Below are positions 14,901 to 29,900 of a stretch of DNA of 64,000 nucleotides, one piece after another (position 1 is the stretch's first letter; each line of letters starts with the position of its first letter). Both the position numbers and the translations under genes were made by a program. The stretch is from the NCBI RefSeq assembly GCF_026571515.1, contig NW_026854566.1:186001-250000 (forward strand), read 5' to 3'. This DNA comes from Ruditapes philippinarum (lineage: Eukaryota). The notes under the pieces are model-generated. The model made no database searches and had not been told where the DNA came from. It worked only from the letters and a program-made list of their open reading frames with translations.

Positions 14901-17900
14901 TCAAGCCATGATAACAAGCCTGTGAGCATACAGCGAATGACACAAAGAAAAATACCTTGTGGGGTCACGTGACAGATTGTTTGCTTAACGGGGTTGACAA
15001 TAGTGATAGTGTGTTACTCCATTTATTATTTTGAAAAGGACTATAAATTTTTGTCCGGGAATGTTCCATTTTTGGATATTGGGTGGCTAAAACTAATTTA
15101 ATAGTCTACACTTTTTAATAGTTATTTGAATTTTGAACACTATAAACACCATTTTATATTGTTTTTAAATGAAACAGAGTTTAATTGTATTTGTGCAGCC
15201 TGAAGTATATCACTGCATCGAAACCGCGCTATACCCAAAAGGTAGTGTAATCGTCCGCTGTGTAAAAGCCAGGTAACTTCGCGTAAAATGTGTTAAGTAA
15301 TATAAATAATTTGATAAATGATTATCAACGAATGCTTAGTTAAAATATTCAAAAGATGGATATATACTGTTTTGAAACATCTGGAAGTATTCACCATTTG
15401 ATCATAAAAGTATCAGTTTAGCTAATTTAGCAGAAGACCGAGAAATGCATAATGCTATTAATGTGGATGCCCCTTAAAACAAGCAAAACGTAACAAAGCA
15501 AAAATTAATACATATCTGTGTCAATGTAATACTTGATAAAGAGCACAAAGTAACTATGTTGAGGATTTTTAATGTTTGAATAGTCTTATCATTAGCATTA
15601 TTGACATAATGTTAGTTTACAGAGCTTTTTCTTGGTGAATAACAAAAGGTCAAATAGCTTTACCTTAATACCATTTTTTCATATTTAATTTAAATAGTTA
15701 AACATATGAATGTATTTTGAATTTGTCGTCTGCATAATTATTTTTATTTCTTTTGTTAAAGTACTTTTATTGATAATTCATTCTAAGAACGTGACCGCGA
15801 CTCAGCAATATTTGATATAACATAAACAATTATTTAGTCGCATATGAAATTCATTGAGTCTGTCTTTAAATTAATTTTATTATTCAGAAACATGACGTAT
15901 TTATAAACAAGATTTATTTCCTAAATTGCCACAGATTAAATTTTAAAAAATCAGTTAGAAACAATGTTTTGAACGAGACAATTTATTCTAAATTAGAAAC
16001 ATTATATACAAAAACACCCACGATGTTTTTCACAGACCTACGAAATGAGAACATGATAGTGCATTAAGGCAATGGACTGAGGACATACTAAATAATTGAA
16101 TAATTCTATTTGATAATTTGCTGTTTAGTGTGTCTAATTCATTTGAATTTTTTAATTCTATATAAAGAGATATTCTACATTGAAATTTAATTCATATATA
16201 TAAAGATTTACCCTAAATATCAAATAAAGCATGTAATATGTGGACGATATGTTGTAAAAATGTATTTATTTCATATGTGGATATATTTCTCAACTTAATA
16301 TCATTAAACGCCGGAATGTTTTCTGAAGAAAATTTTCATTGTAAATCGGTTAGTTTAATTTGATTAACATTTTGGACCATTGTATTATTTCCCAGGACAA
16401 AAATAATAATTTGTTTATTGAGAATTTGTCAAAAAATAAACAATCCCATAGTTTTTATTGTGTCTATACCTATTGTCTGTTTTCGAAAATGTTAAATCAA
16501 CAACCACTTACTCGTGTTACTTGTATATTAAAAATATTTTAAATTATTGACGTAACTCTTTGTTCATACTAGTATGAATTACATGATGTTCATGTTTGTC
16601 AATGTAATAGATGATGTAATAGATATTAAAAATGTTTTTCCTTTTTGTTTTTGATTGTATTCATATTGCGTATATATGGTGGATTGAAATAAAATATTGT
16701 TGAAACTAATATTCCTCTCAAATAAGAAATTAACGTGGTAAGCATTGGTGTGATACAAAATATAGAAAAAATAACTTTTTGAACTCTCTAGGTTAACAAT
16801 ACACTTTGTTTTTGAAGTTATAAATTTTCGGAATATTTATGATAATAAGTAGTTTTGATAATTATAATTGATAAATAGAACAATTATCATTAGCATAACT
16901 ATGTTAAATTGATGTTTTTCGTTGGCATGGTAAAGGTCATACCATAATTTTTATTCAGAATTTATATTCTGTCAAATATTAAGGTAAACACAGAATCGAA
17001 CATTTTTTATTAGCGTATTCATCATGTTTTTATCAAAAGCACATCAAATAACCCTTTCATTGTTGCAAAACTGTAAAATAGAACTGAATAAATGACCACC
17101 TATCTTTATATGTTAAGCAATCATGATGAAAGCGATATGCTTCTTGAAACTTATTGAATGTTGTATTGAATATTTAGGAAAAAAAGATATGGTGAGTAGC
17201 AATTTAAGAAAGAACAAAACAAAATTGCTTCTTACCATATCTTTTTTTCTAAATATTCAATACAACATTCAATAAGTTCCTTTGTGACAGCACTTGTATT
17301 CCAAAACTTAATAAACTATCCTCCATGTCCAAATATTTGCGCTGCTATATGAAATATTAATAACATTTTAATTGTAGCTATAGTCAAGTGATATTTGTCT
17401 CAAGAAGTAAGCAAACTGTGTCTATGTTTAACGTATGGTAATTCTAGTTGTGTAAAGAACAAACTTTTGTACACATCTACTCGAGAACAAAATTGTGTAC
17501 ATATCTACTTGTCAAATTTAATGATTTTACGCGTTATCTACATATAATTTGATTTTTCTGGCATTAAATGACTATTTATAATTTACATTGTATAATTATT
17601 GCCATTATCTTGCAAAAAGAAAAACGATAATTATCATTATTATAATACATGGCGCAATTTTATGTTATTAGTATTGTTTGGGCCATTTATATTGAAATTG
17701 TAGTATTATTTTTTACAGAACACTTTTTTACTGTGCCAGATTAGGATCGATGAGATGTCCTTTAAAATAACTAAGGATTCTACAATCAAGAATTTTCTTT
17801 TACATTTTCGTGTGTTTACTTGCAACCAACGCCTTAAAGTGTATGCAATTCTCTGAAAATCAGATTCATTCATAATTTGTAAGAAATATATCACTGAAAA

Positions 17901-20900
17901 GCTTTGTTTGTTTTACACTTGATATATTTGATTTGTAATCAGGAATGTAAATACCAAACCAAAATTAGCATTCAAATCTAAACAAGGCGCATATTACGTG
18001 TCTTGATTATTGCTAAGATTTACACTTAATGAACTTTATTTATGGCGTTAAACTAAACTACGTTAAACTAATGTTTAATGACCTTTGTAAGGTACTGCCC
18101 TCTCTCATCTTTCTCATAATGAATTATTATGAAATTACAACGATAACTCCCTTCTAGACACAACTGACAGAAATTAAATGTTTTTGACTCCTCAATTTTA
18201 TACAGCAATGATCTTAATTCAAATCGATGAAATATTTTTCATTCAGATTTCAGTTTTTTTTCTGCACACTAATCTATTTTGACCAAAGTTGAAGGGCAAG
18301 CGGTTTTTTACATACAAATAAAGTTATAATTTATATATCTATCTGTATCCTGCCGAAATGGATTAGAGATTTTATACCATCTGCATTTTTCATTGGACAT
18401 CAGAGATGTTGACATGACTGTTTCATTTGCTCCATCATAAAATGTCGTCGCTATAGAATATACTTTGTAGTTAAGAGATCTCTTTATCTAGAAAGATCAA
18501 GTTAACGTCTTAGTAAACAATGCCGGTTTATTCAGCTTCATGCTAATTTCGTTAATGTAAAGTGACATTTCTTGTGGGAATGTGTCATTTGTTTTAGTCT
18601 TGTTATATTACAAAATTGAAACATTACATTTGTATTGCAAATCTTCTGGATATAAGGGTTTTACTTTTAGTGCATTACGTATAAAGATAGTTTGCTGCAC
18701 ATTTGTAACTGCTTGCCAGCTCTTGCCTGAAATAATGGCACGGAATGGCACCTAAGGTCTTCCTCCACAAGTAAAGCTGGAACGTCACTATACGAGGTAT
18801 ACTGTGTCGGTGCGACATATATCACAATCAAACAAACGAACGAAATTGTAACCGCTTATTTCTGAACTGAAAAGAATCATATTATATATATATGCATGAC
18901 GTCTTCTATGTATATAGATAAAATTTAATATCATGCAATATCGTTGAAGTAATGTAGGCTCGGATCGTGAAGTGAATTTCCATTTTGTCACATGACACAT
19001 ATGATGTTAGTCTAGCTTAGATTTTTTAATCAACATTTAACGTATGAAAGTGATTTTAATCACTTTGTTTGTTTAATGCGATGTATTTCAAAGAGGGGTT
19101 GTTTATATTATCAGCAAAGAACCAATGTTGTTAAAACGTTAATTGTAAACTTTGAAATAATTAAAATGATTTCCCTGGAGTGTTATTTTTACTTGAAAGT
19201 TTATTTTTGACACTTGTTTATATTTACTAGATATGAATGGATATGCATTCAATATGACATTGGAGGATGAGCTATAAACTATTTAAGCATAAACAGTTAT
19301 ACTCTATCGTAGCAAGAGTCCCGATGCTTGAAGTTATATTCATGCATTAAAACTGCACATGCATATGTGCATTAACAGAGAAAAGGGTATTCATTAACGG
19401 ATGAAATCACGAGAGCACACACTGTTATTACACGTTTTATAATAGTGTGGCCCATGCATTAAAAGATAATTGACTGCATTGATAGTTTTCCAAACATTAC
19501 TGTCATATGACATCGCATGCGCATGTAAAAGGAATAACGAAACAGGTTTCTTTACGAAACAAAAAAGACAAATAACGAAAAGGTTAATATTAACTGTTTT
19601 CTGTCATTTAAGGAAAGCCTGCTGAACCTCGACTTGCGTCACCGATCTTCTGCAAATGCGAGAATAAAGATTCAGTAGCTCTTACATGTGGTTAATTATA
19701 ATGATTTTGGATGTACTGCTTTTTATATTAGAAAATTCTTCATAATTATGTTGATGAAGAAAAATGTTTTTTCTTCAAAAGCTTATCAAGACGGTCATGC
19801 TTAGGAGAAAAATAAGTTAAACAGTATTGCCATCTAGTATAATTGTTTAAGTTTAACTTTTTAGTTTAAGTTGACATGTGTTAATGTCATTTTTACTTCG
19901 TATTAAACGTGTTAATCTAATTGTTTTTTTTATATCATGACATAAGGTTCTTTTGCACAATTATAATACATATTAGCGGTGTTATTTTAAATCCAACAAA
20001 AGAAATCAAGAGAAAGCGCAGACATCGTATAAGTGATTATATTGTTTTCTGTGTCAAAATAGTTTTTGATGTCGAAAGAATTGATTATAAATGAAAAAAA
20101 AAAAAGATTTCTTAATGTTTTCATTGTATCAATATAGCATATACGAGATGGTGTATTAACTTATAAAATCATAAAAGTCGCAAACAATCATTCATTTTTT
20201 CATTATTCAAACCTATGTTCGATTTGTCGTCTGCACGATTATCAAGGATGTATGTATTTCTGTTATTTATTTGTCCTTAGTGTAATTTATTTGTCCTTAG
20301 TGTAATTTATTTGTCCTAAGGCACTAAGTTCATTGTCTTTAAGCTCGTGTTGTTGACTTTTAAATGAGTTAGTAGGTTTTCTCTCAGGAGAAAACATCGT
20401 TGGCGGTTTTTATATATAATGTTTCTAATTTTGAATAATTTGTCTCATAAAAACCCTTTTTCTTAACAGATTTATTCGAAATTTAATCTTCGATAATACG
20501 GTAAATTCATCTTTGTTGACTGCAGGTTTCAGCAGGGAAAAACATTAAGTTACACACTCAATTAACTTAAAATGCCACAAAAATAAATGTTTATTTTGCA
20601 TCATTTTGCAGTTATCTGAGATTACATTAATAGTTCAATAAACTCCACTTTTGACGATATTTCATGGACATCGTTCTATCCAGATATCGTAATATCCAAG
20701 AAACAACCAATTTGACAACAAGAGTCTGGACCGTAGCAATAGCATCGTTATAAACGATATCGTTATAAATGAAGTTTACTGTATTTTGTCTTACTATTTA
20801 ATCATAAAAAGTGTCTGTTCTAAACTTAATCGTTGTTTAAAGTACAAAACCTTTTGTCTCTTTTTAATTTTGAAATTAATGATACGTTATAATACTTCTT

Positions 20901-23900
20901 TTGGCTGATATAAGCTCACAAAGTCTGAATTCTGGCTGATTTGATTAGGCATTTGCCTTAATAAAGATTTAATTGAAGGTTTTTAAAGGGTTTTTTGTAA
21001 TGTGTGTGTATCAAAAATATTTCATTATGACTTATACCTTTACCGATTTTGATACTTTATTAGAGATAAGTAATAACCCATATAAATAAACAATTAACGA
21101 AAAAATATGAACGATAAATGCAAATAAATACTGATGCCATGGTATGTAACATTTTTTTTAAGAATACCACATCAAACAACAGAGCATGTTACAGGATTTA
21201 AGGGCCCAGTTACACAGACGGTCGGTCCCCAATCGGTCATTTAATTTTAAATTTACTCGCTGTTATGATCGGTTGTCATGCGTGATTTTATTTCTGGTTT
21301 TCTGTGTACACGGCCTTCGGTGACAGAAAGCAAACTCAAACGGGAATGGGTCGATGATTAAATTCTGAAATACTTTTGGTTTTTATCGTTTGTAAATCGG
21401 AGCTAAATCGGGCGTAACGCTGATTAATCGGTGTTTGATAGCTAGTAATCAATGGTTCAACACTTTCCGTCAGATTCATATTTGGTTATCTTTGTCCGAT
21501 CGGCGATATCGGTGATTAAGAGCTTGCATATCTCGTGATATAGGTTGCTGTCGGTTATTTGTAAAATATTTTCACCGATCGAGAATTTTAAACATGTTTA
21601 TTAATCCCAATCGGTAATTTTTCATTGATGAAACTTATCTTTCCCAAATAGCAGTTGATAGGTGGAAAACAGGTGACCAATAGGTGATATCGGTGTTAAA
21701 TACGTTGTCATCGGTTCACTCCATAATTTGGCTAAAAAAACTACCGATCAATCACCAATGGCTCTGTGTAACTGGGGTGTAAGTTCATATTTATGTTTTC
21801 AGTATATTCATTTTGATCTTGATTAACAGTTTGAAATAGTTCAAAAAAATAGTTAATTAACTGATTATCGCATGTTCGGATGGAGTTTGTTTATACATTT
21901 TCAAGGACAATGCAAACAACATAGAAGAAAAGATTTTTTTTCAATTCTTAAAAAGTTTTCTGCATTTTCTGTGTTGCGAAATTGACCAATAGGCAACAAG
22001 TTTTAATATGTATACAGGTAGGTCAAAACCTTATCCAAGTGTCATTTTGTATCCTTTGAGACCGTTGACTATACTAATACTTTTAGTTTTTTATGATTGA
22101 ACACAGCTTAAACCGGTGCTGGCGTGTGAAAGATGTATCGCTTCACAATGTCTTTCATGAATGGACTTAAGAAAACTGAATTTCCGAGTTGTACTATTTT
22201 ATTTTTTTTTTCAAGGAAATAAGAATCTTTCATTAATGAATTGAATTGTCCCACTGTATTTAAATGATTGCATTTCAGTTCTTTATCTTCTCAGAATTAT
22301 GTTATCAAAAATCAGTTAATTGTATTACATATTTTGGTCCCTTATAGATTTTCATAGAATCAAAAATTATTTGATACAAAACAGACTGTTAATAAAGAAA
22401 TTAACAACCAAAATATAATCCCACTTAGTTATCATATTCTCTTTATCTTCTTCGAAAATTGATAATTTAAAGTCATCACTCTAAATCAAAATCTAATTGG
22501 AACAGCTATAATTTGAATGGGTTCGTCATTCTCTTTCTCTCAAGTAATTTTACCATTTTTAAAATTAAATACATTACATGTGTATATTAAGGAAGATATT
22601 TTTTTCATTTATGATTGATATGATCACAAAAATAAAATGATAAAACAATTTAATAGTACTGGAATATAGTTATGCTTTTATGCACATTAATACAATTTAT
22701 AGTTATTGCCGTTATGATCAAGGCATTATTAATCAGCATTGTTTGAAAACATGTAGGAAACAGCAGTATTGTTTTTTACAAATAGCTTCGACAATTTAAG
22801 GCTAATAAAATACTGATCCTTTACTAAGATCTTTTTCAATTAGGCACTTCATATATTTATGTGACAATGTATAAACTTGTAATTAAAGTACTTATATGCA
22901 GTGCTTTACAATTAAGATAAATGGAAATGTCAAGGAAAACATTTGTTTAAGACTTGATCTATTTATTTCGTAATGGAAAATGTAAAACACCAAACTTTAC
23001 TTAACATATAACTTAACTACATATGGTACTTAACATATAACTTAACTACAAAATTTCATCTATGTGTATCCGTTACATAACTTATATATTACATTTCTTG
23101 ATCACAACAAGATTTTGATGGGCATAGTGTCACTTTAAAATACATGTATGCAATGTGTATATATGGTCACAAACAAGTTTTGTAAATATACAAAAAGTAC
23201 CATAATTCAAAACTCTATCGGGACATTTTCCGAATATTTGACATCATGACGCCTTTTCTAAAGAAAAGTTATATAAACCGATATATAAAATATATGTATA
23301 TGTTATGTTATGTTATGTCATATTATATTGTACATGTATGATTCTATATTTATTATATTATATATTTATTAAACTTTCAGTTGAAGAAATGCTATGTAAG
23401 CATTGAAAGCGCTGCCGAAAATATTGAAAATATGGAGTTTGTTATTTCTTTATATTATCATTTTATTTATAATATACATATGTTTAAACTTTTTCTCACA
23501 ATTCTTATAGCACAAAACCATCACTACGTACGTATTTAAAATATGAAACTTTAAAACAGATATAACAAACAAAATTGCATCTATGTTTATCCGTTACAAA
23601 TTGCATAGCAAAAACTGCAACCATTCTATTTACCATTCACAAAACAAATCTGCACTCATCCATTGAGCTAGATGACGGTAAGAATAACAAATACGTCTTT
23701 TCAAAAGATAATCTCCAGCTTTTAACTTGTTTCAACCGTTGCGTGAAACCTGTCCGATTTGCTATCAAATTTGACTTTAGCATTGTTTTAAAATTAAATT
23801 TTGTTTAAGTAGAAAGGAAATAGTTTCTCTGTTTCAACGTAAGTTAATCCTACATATGTTAGATACAATATTGTGTAACGATAGATTCTCGCGACCAAGC

Positions 23901-26900
23901 GTAAAGGGCACAAAAACAGCATTTATTCCGTACATTAAATATCTGCAGAAGCCTTTGGACTTATTTAATCTCTTGCACTGTGGATGCGTCCTCATGTTCT
24001 TGCAGATGTTGATATACAATAAAAGATGCCTTCACCCTCTTATGTATGATTCTAATTCTCTGACATTTTATGACCTTTTATAATATATATTATTATTTTG
24101 CAATTATCATCAAGGCATTATTAAACCGACGCAATTTTGTGTAATCAGCATCGTTTAAACATAATAGTGGTATTGTTTGTAGAAATTACTTTGCCACATA
24201 AAGGCTAATAAATTATTGGTTTTCTTTCAATCAGGCATTTCATATATTATTAATTTATGTGTATATGTGTTTATACTTTTAATTCAAATACTTATATGCA
24301 ATGCTCTACAATTATGAGATAAATGCTGATTACAAAAGAAAATATCACGACAGAAAACATTTATTTGTTTTAGACTTGATATATTCATTTGTTAAATATC
24401 AAACAAGCACAAGACAAAATTAAGCGTATATTGCATACCCTGGTAATAATTAAATTTTACACTTAATGAAACATTATAAATAGCATCAAACATTTAAATC
24501 ATGTTTTTTAATCATTTTTTTCCTGAATGTATTTATTCTAATAAATTGCAATTTCCATCGATATTTTAGGACTATAAAATAAATTTCAAGATCATTTATA
24601 TGTAATATTTTCAAAAGGCTTTAAATTAATACAAACAATTTTCCAAACAAAACCCATCCCTTGTTTTAGCATAAAATGGTTGTCTTCGCTAGGGAATATA
24701 GTTCATTTTATTCATAATATATACAAAACAATTAAAAACACATAAGTCTACATCAATCAAAGTAATGTTTTATTTTAAATTGCCCCATGATTCAACTTCA
24801 TGTTTAAGTTCCATAACATTAAGTAATATTTCTATTTTTATTTTTTTTATTAGACAATCGTGACATTAATATTATGCTTGAACACAGCTGCTTTCTTTGT
24901 TTCAGCAAAACATATTTACATTCGATGAAGACATATTATAATTTATTTTGTATATAATGATATTTAAATAAATACAAAACATTTTTCTAGATAAATCAAG
25001 TTACTGTTCTTATACGCATTGCCTGTTGATTCAACTTCATGATGACTTCATTAATGTCTGGATTCCAGATATTTGCTTTGTGTACATAGCATTTCATGTC
25101 AGTTTAGAGAGCTAAAAAATGATGCACATTTATGAACATACTCAGTAAAGCCGAGTCTGTCAATAACTTGATTTATGTCATTGCTCTGGAGCGATCTCCC
25201 TTAATGCTGCACATTTGTAACGACGGTTCTCATTTGATATTCATGGCGATTATATTATAAATAAACATGGCTGCAGTAAATCTAATATGTAATTTTTATT
25301 TAAATCAAAGAAAGCATTTAAGCTGTGTAATAAATTTGTTATAATATTTTTTACCGTTTATATGATTATGTATAAACAGTTGTTGGCTATTATTTAACCG
25401 TTTTCAGATCATAAAGTCAAATACTCTTGACAGTTAGAATGTAACATATCGTAAGACAGAGCCAGGAGCAGTGAAAATTGTTGTATTTGTCATTTAGGTT
25501 TCGTTAGCAAGAGAATAAATTTCCTTCAATAACGACACACGTACTATTGTTTCTGCAATTTTAAAAGCAAATAAAATAGTCTGCAATTCGTACATGCATT
25601 CTTTACAGAAATTGTCTCCGATTCATTTTCGTTTTCATTGCTCCGGGGATCCGTTTTTTATTTTATTATATGAAACAAAACCTTAAAGAAAATATGTAGC
25701 TTTATTAGAAGAAGAAAGATTTATTTGAAAGATATATGTATGTCTAGTAAAACTTTCCGAAAAAATAAATTTCTTATTTTAAACACGTTAAACTTGCCTG
25801 AAGTAGACATAATGCCTCAGTGAAAAAGTACCATACTCGCATTATTTTTATTTTTCAGACAAAGCCTATAAGAATTCAAGTTCCTGAAATGAATGAAATG
25901 AATGAGAGCATTTGTTTTTGGTTGTTATATTAAAATGTAAACAAAATCTTTAAAGACTATTACGTGCACAAACGTTTTGGTCTTTGGTCATTTATTTTGC
26001 CCATTTAATCGATTTATTAACGTTTAATAAAACTGCATTACATCTTAATAATATAATTTAAACACAATGACCGTAAATCAAAATCACCTTGAAAGTAATT
26101 TGTTTCTATAAAGAACAAAAAAAACTTCTTCTTTTCTTCTCCAATTTTAGTATGTTTTCTGCCTATCAAGTGATATTATTGCATACGCATTTCCTTAGAA
26201 GGGAGCGCAATTGTCCGCCAACTTATTTTGTCTTATAAATTGACTTGATTAATAAAAAGTGATCTTTTCTACTGAAATAGTCTTGTTGCTTAAGTCTTGA
26301 TGTATTTTCATGTATTCTTCAAACGTCTGTATATAAATGATATGGTTAATCCTCATTCAATTCCGAGTGTTTTTGTTGTTTTACTGATGGTCAACGACCA
26401 AGGTTTAATTATGTACGATTATATGTGTATTTTATATAATCTTCCACACAATTTATATAAGCATTTCAATTAATATATCATCTATAAATAATAATTGCAA
26501 GATGATTACTACACATTGTCTCCACATTCAATTTAGATTTATTGAAAGACTCGAAAAAATTTTAAAGGTCTTTATTTTATTTTAAGTGTTCTTTGACGAT
26601 TTTCACATCCCTTATGTGCTCTACCTCGGGGGTTTTGTTAATTGTAGCTCTGAAATGCTAATTTCTCAAAATTTTATGTTGCTATATCAGTAACAAAGAG
26701 CTTGAATTTATGTTTCGAGCCAAGTTTATCTTGAATAATCCTTACTGCATTACTGGCACCCTCATTATCTTTGTGTTGGACGTGTACAGTTTATTCCTTT
26801 ATTTATGTCCTAAAATATGCATCATATTTTTTTTTACTTACCTCTAAACTAGCACATGTTATGACGTGCAAAAATTTATTTCATTCTAATATCTTCAAAA

Positions 26901-29900
26901 TCTTCCTAGCAAAGTAGTGACCGAAATATTTGAAATGTATCTAGTAATTTATCTAGTATGTGTCTGCAGAAAAAATAGTTGATTTACTATAATTGTTGGC
27001 AAGAGCCATTCACATTTTAAATTACTGATAAGAAATGAAAGTTCGACGGCGTCCTTTTATGTTTTTTTTTTTAAGTTCGGATGAAAGTAAATGTTATCTA
27101 AATGTTAAAAGCATAAGCATTTTATAAAGATATAGTTTTCTCTTTTTTTGTATTTGTCAAAGTTTCTCTCATCATTTCCTTATGACGGAACAAAAAAGCA
27201 AACAAATTGAATTTAGGTTGTCTTTATTAGATGTGATAGGGTCATTGTTCTTTTTAAATTCTTTAAAACGAGTCACGGTGCATTCTTATTTCATAATCAC
27301 ATTTTCAGAACTATTTAAGGATTCGATTTTTTTGTTTTGTAAACAACAACAATTATTTGGGATGTAAATATATAACGTGTGAGCGTCAGACAAGTTTCTA
27401 ATAGAATTTAGTCTAAACTTAAGTTTGCAGTCATGTACATATTATACGACATGTGTACATATACTGAATCTTCTCATCCCTTCTAGATGGTATAAAAAGC
27501 GATATGTTTCGAATAAAATGAATAACTTTCAGTTTAAGTTCATTTCCCATTAAAAACGTGATTTCATCGATAATAGAGGAATGAAATGTTGCACAATTAA
27601 TTTTCCTTGACAAACAGACACAATCAATTCTATTCTGCGATTGTAATTGTTTAATTATTTGATTGCACCGTTGTCTGGGAAGTTGCTGTTTACTCAAAAG
27701 TGTGTTTTGTTAATTGATGCGTTTAAGTTTATAATCTTGTCCTTCGGATTATTGATATTGCAATGAAGAACCAAGTAATCTTTCAGACTGTGCTTCTGGG
27801 CATTCGGTAATTTCACAATTTCATATTTAAGTGATGTTTTACTTAGTTTATTTCTAATCAAATAAACGATATTCAAACGGTAAATAAAATTATCTTCTTT
27901 GGAAATGATACTATAATAATTACGAATGTTAAAGGTTAAAATACATGATCTGTTATTACTTTTAAAGTCAGATAGGTATATCTGTAAAATCTTTCTTTTG
28001 ATAGGAAAAGAACAAAGCTGTATTGGAAAGATATCTTTTATTAAAAACATGCCCCACTAAACTCAATTTGTCACACGTTGAATATAAGGTTTAAGCACGT
28101 TTATATACATTCATGAGCTCAGAGTTTTTATAATATTTTCTGTGTTAAATACAATGTGTTTTATACAATGTGTTAAACAAGCAGACGAATAAAAAAATAT
28201 TTACAATTTATTTAAGAATTTCCAGGTAATAATACCATTGTCTGACTCAAAACTTCAGATCTCTAGAGTACTAAATATCTATTTCTGAAATTTCAAAAAG
28301 ACATTGTTCCTTGCATTATACAACAAAATACAACCGACCATAAAATGTAAATTTTGAATATGCACAAACATTTATATCTATCAGACATTCATTTATATAA
28401 ATGTTCTATTTATATAAATGTTCTGTACAAAAAGGACTGATGATAATTATTTTGTAATGAAAAGATATTTTAAATAAGACAGATATAGCGATTGCATTAA
28501 ATAAATAATGGGTTGTATTTATATAATCGTTTGTAAATATGTATATTCAGAATACAAATGAGGCTCTCTTGCATTGTTATAAATCTAATTGTTTTTGACA
28601 TTATTTGTATGAAAACAAGATCTATAAAACTGAGTCTGTGTACCTTTCAGTGAAAGCGGTTCGGTTATTAAAACTTCAGATTGATTTTAGTTCTGCTTTT
28701 TATATATTGAATTGTTGGTAAGCGGTGCTAAAAAAGAAATACTTTCAAAATTGTAGTTTCAAATAGAAACCTTTGTTTATTGAAAAAAAGAAAACATAAT
28801 GGTTGCATTTTATTAATCAGCTAAACTTTCTTTTCAGTATAAAATATCCATACATTATCTAGGTATATATCTGTCTAATTATCACTGTTTTTATACAAAT
28901 TATGGTAACAATTAAGTCTATCTCATAGATATCTCATTCTATTAAAAATGACATATTCGCGTTACTGAAATCAGATCAAATGTGCAAAAACCACAGAAAA
29001 GATGTAAGTTACAAATTGCACCCACACAAAAATTACGAAGAATTCCATGAAAACTGTCATCGATCAATCGAGGCTAATGAGCTATGAAAAATACTAAATG
29101 AATGTTTTTGTGTGTTTATCTGAGTAAGTCTGTGTTCGAATTAGAATTATACTATATACTGAGAGTTATTTTTGCATACATTACAAATCTTGCTTAATGG
29201 TATCATAAAATGACAAATACATATTTTCCCACTCTTTTTTATTCAATATTGTAATAAAATCAAAAGCACGCACCTTTAATAAAGTGTAGTGTTTCCTGTC
29301 GGAAACAGACAGAACCTAGTCGTAATATTGATAATAAATTATACATTACAATACCTAGAAATCCCAGAAGGTAGGCACTTTTGCACAATGTTAACACTTA
29401 CTGTCATGAAGATTTAATATTCTATGTATTTTATTAAATTTAAATCATATCAAAATTAGGATAAAGTTTTACACATAAATAGACGGGAAACCTACGTATA
29501 CGGGTTTGCTGATTTGCTTGTTTATGAGCAGAATTGTTTCGTGTTTGAAAACTTTAATAGTTTTAAATAATTATTGAACAATTCATCGTTTAGTTATCGT
29601 TGTTATTGTTTATATAGATTATACTTACTTTTATAACGATTATAAGAGAGATTAAGCAAGTGATTGTTAATTGTTAACATTAGTTAATTTAATCAAGTCG
29701 ATGTGCAATGATCAAGGCTTCAACTATTATGTCGACTTCGTTAATGAACTGTGACAGTAATCTTTTCTTTTCCTAGTCTTTGAATATTTGCTTATATCAG
29801 TAAACATTACATCACAATGTGAAGATACAAAACTGATGTTTTACTTCATAGTCTTTGTGACTTTTACAAAAATACTGGCTTAGGAATTTTGCATTTTAGT

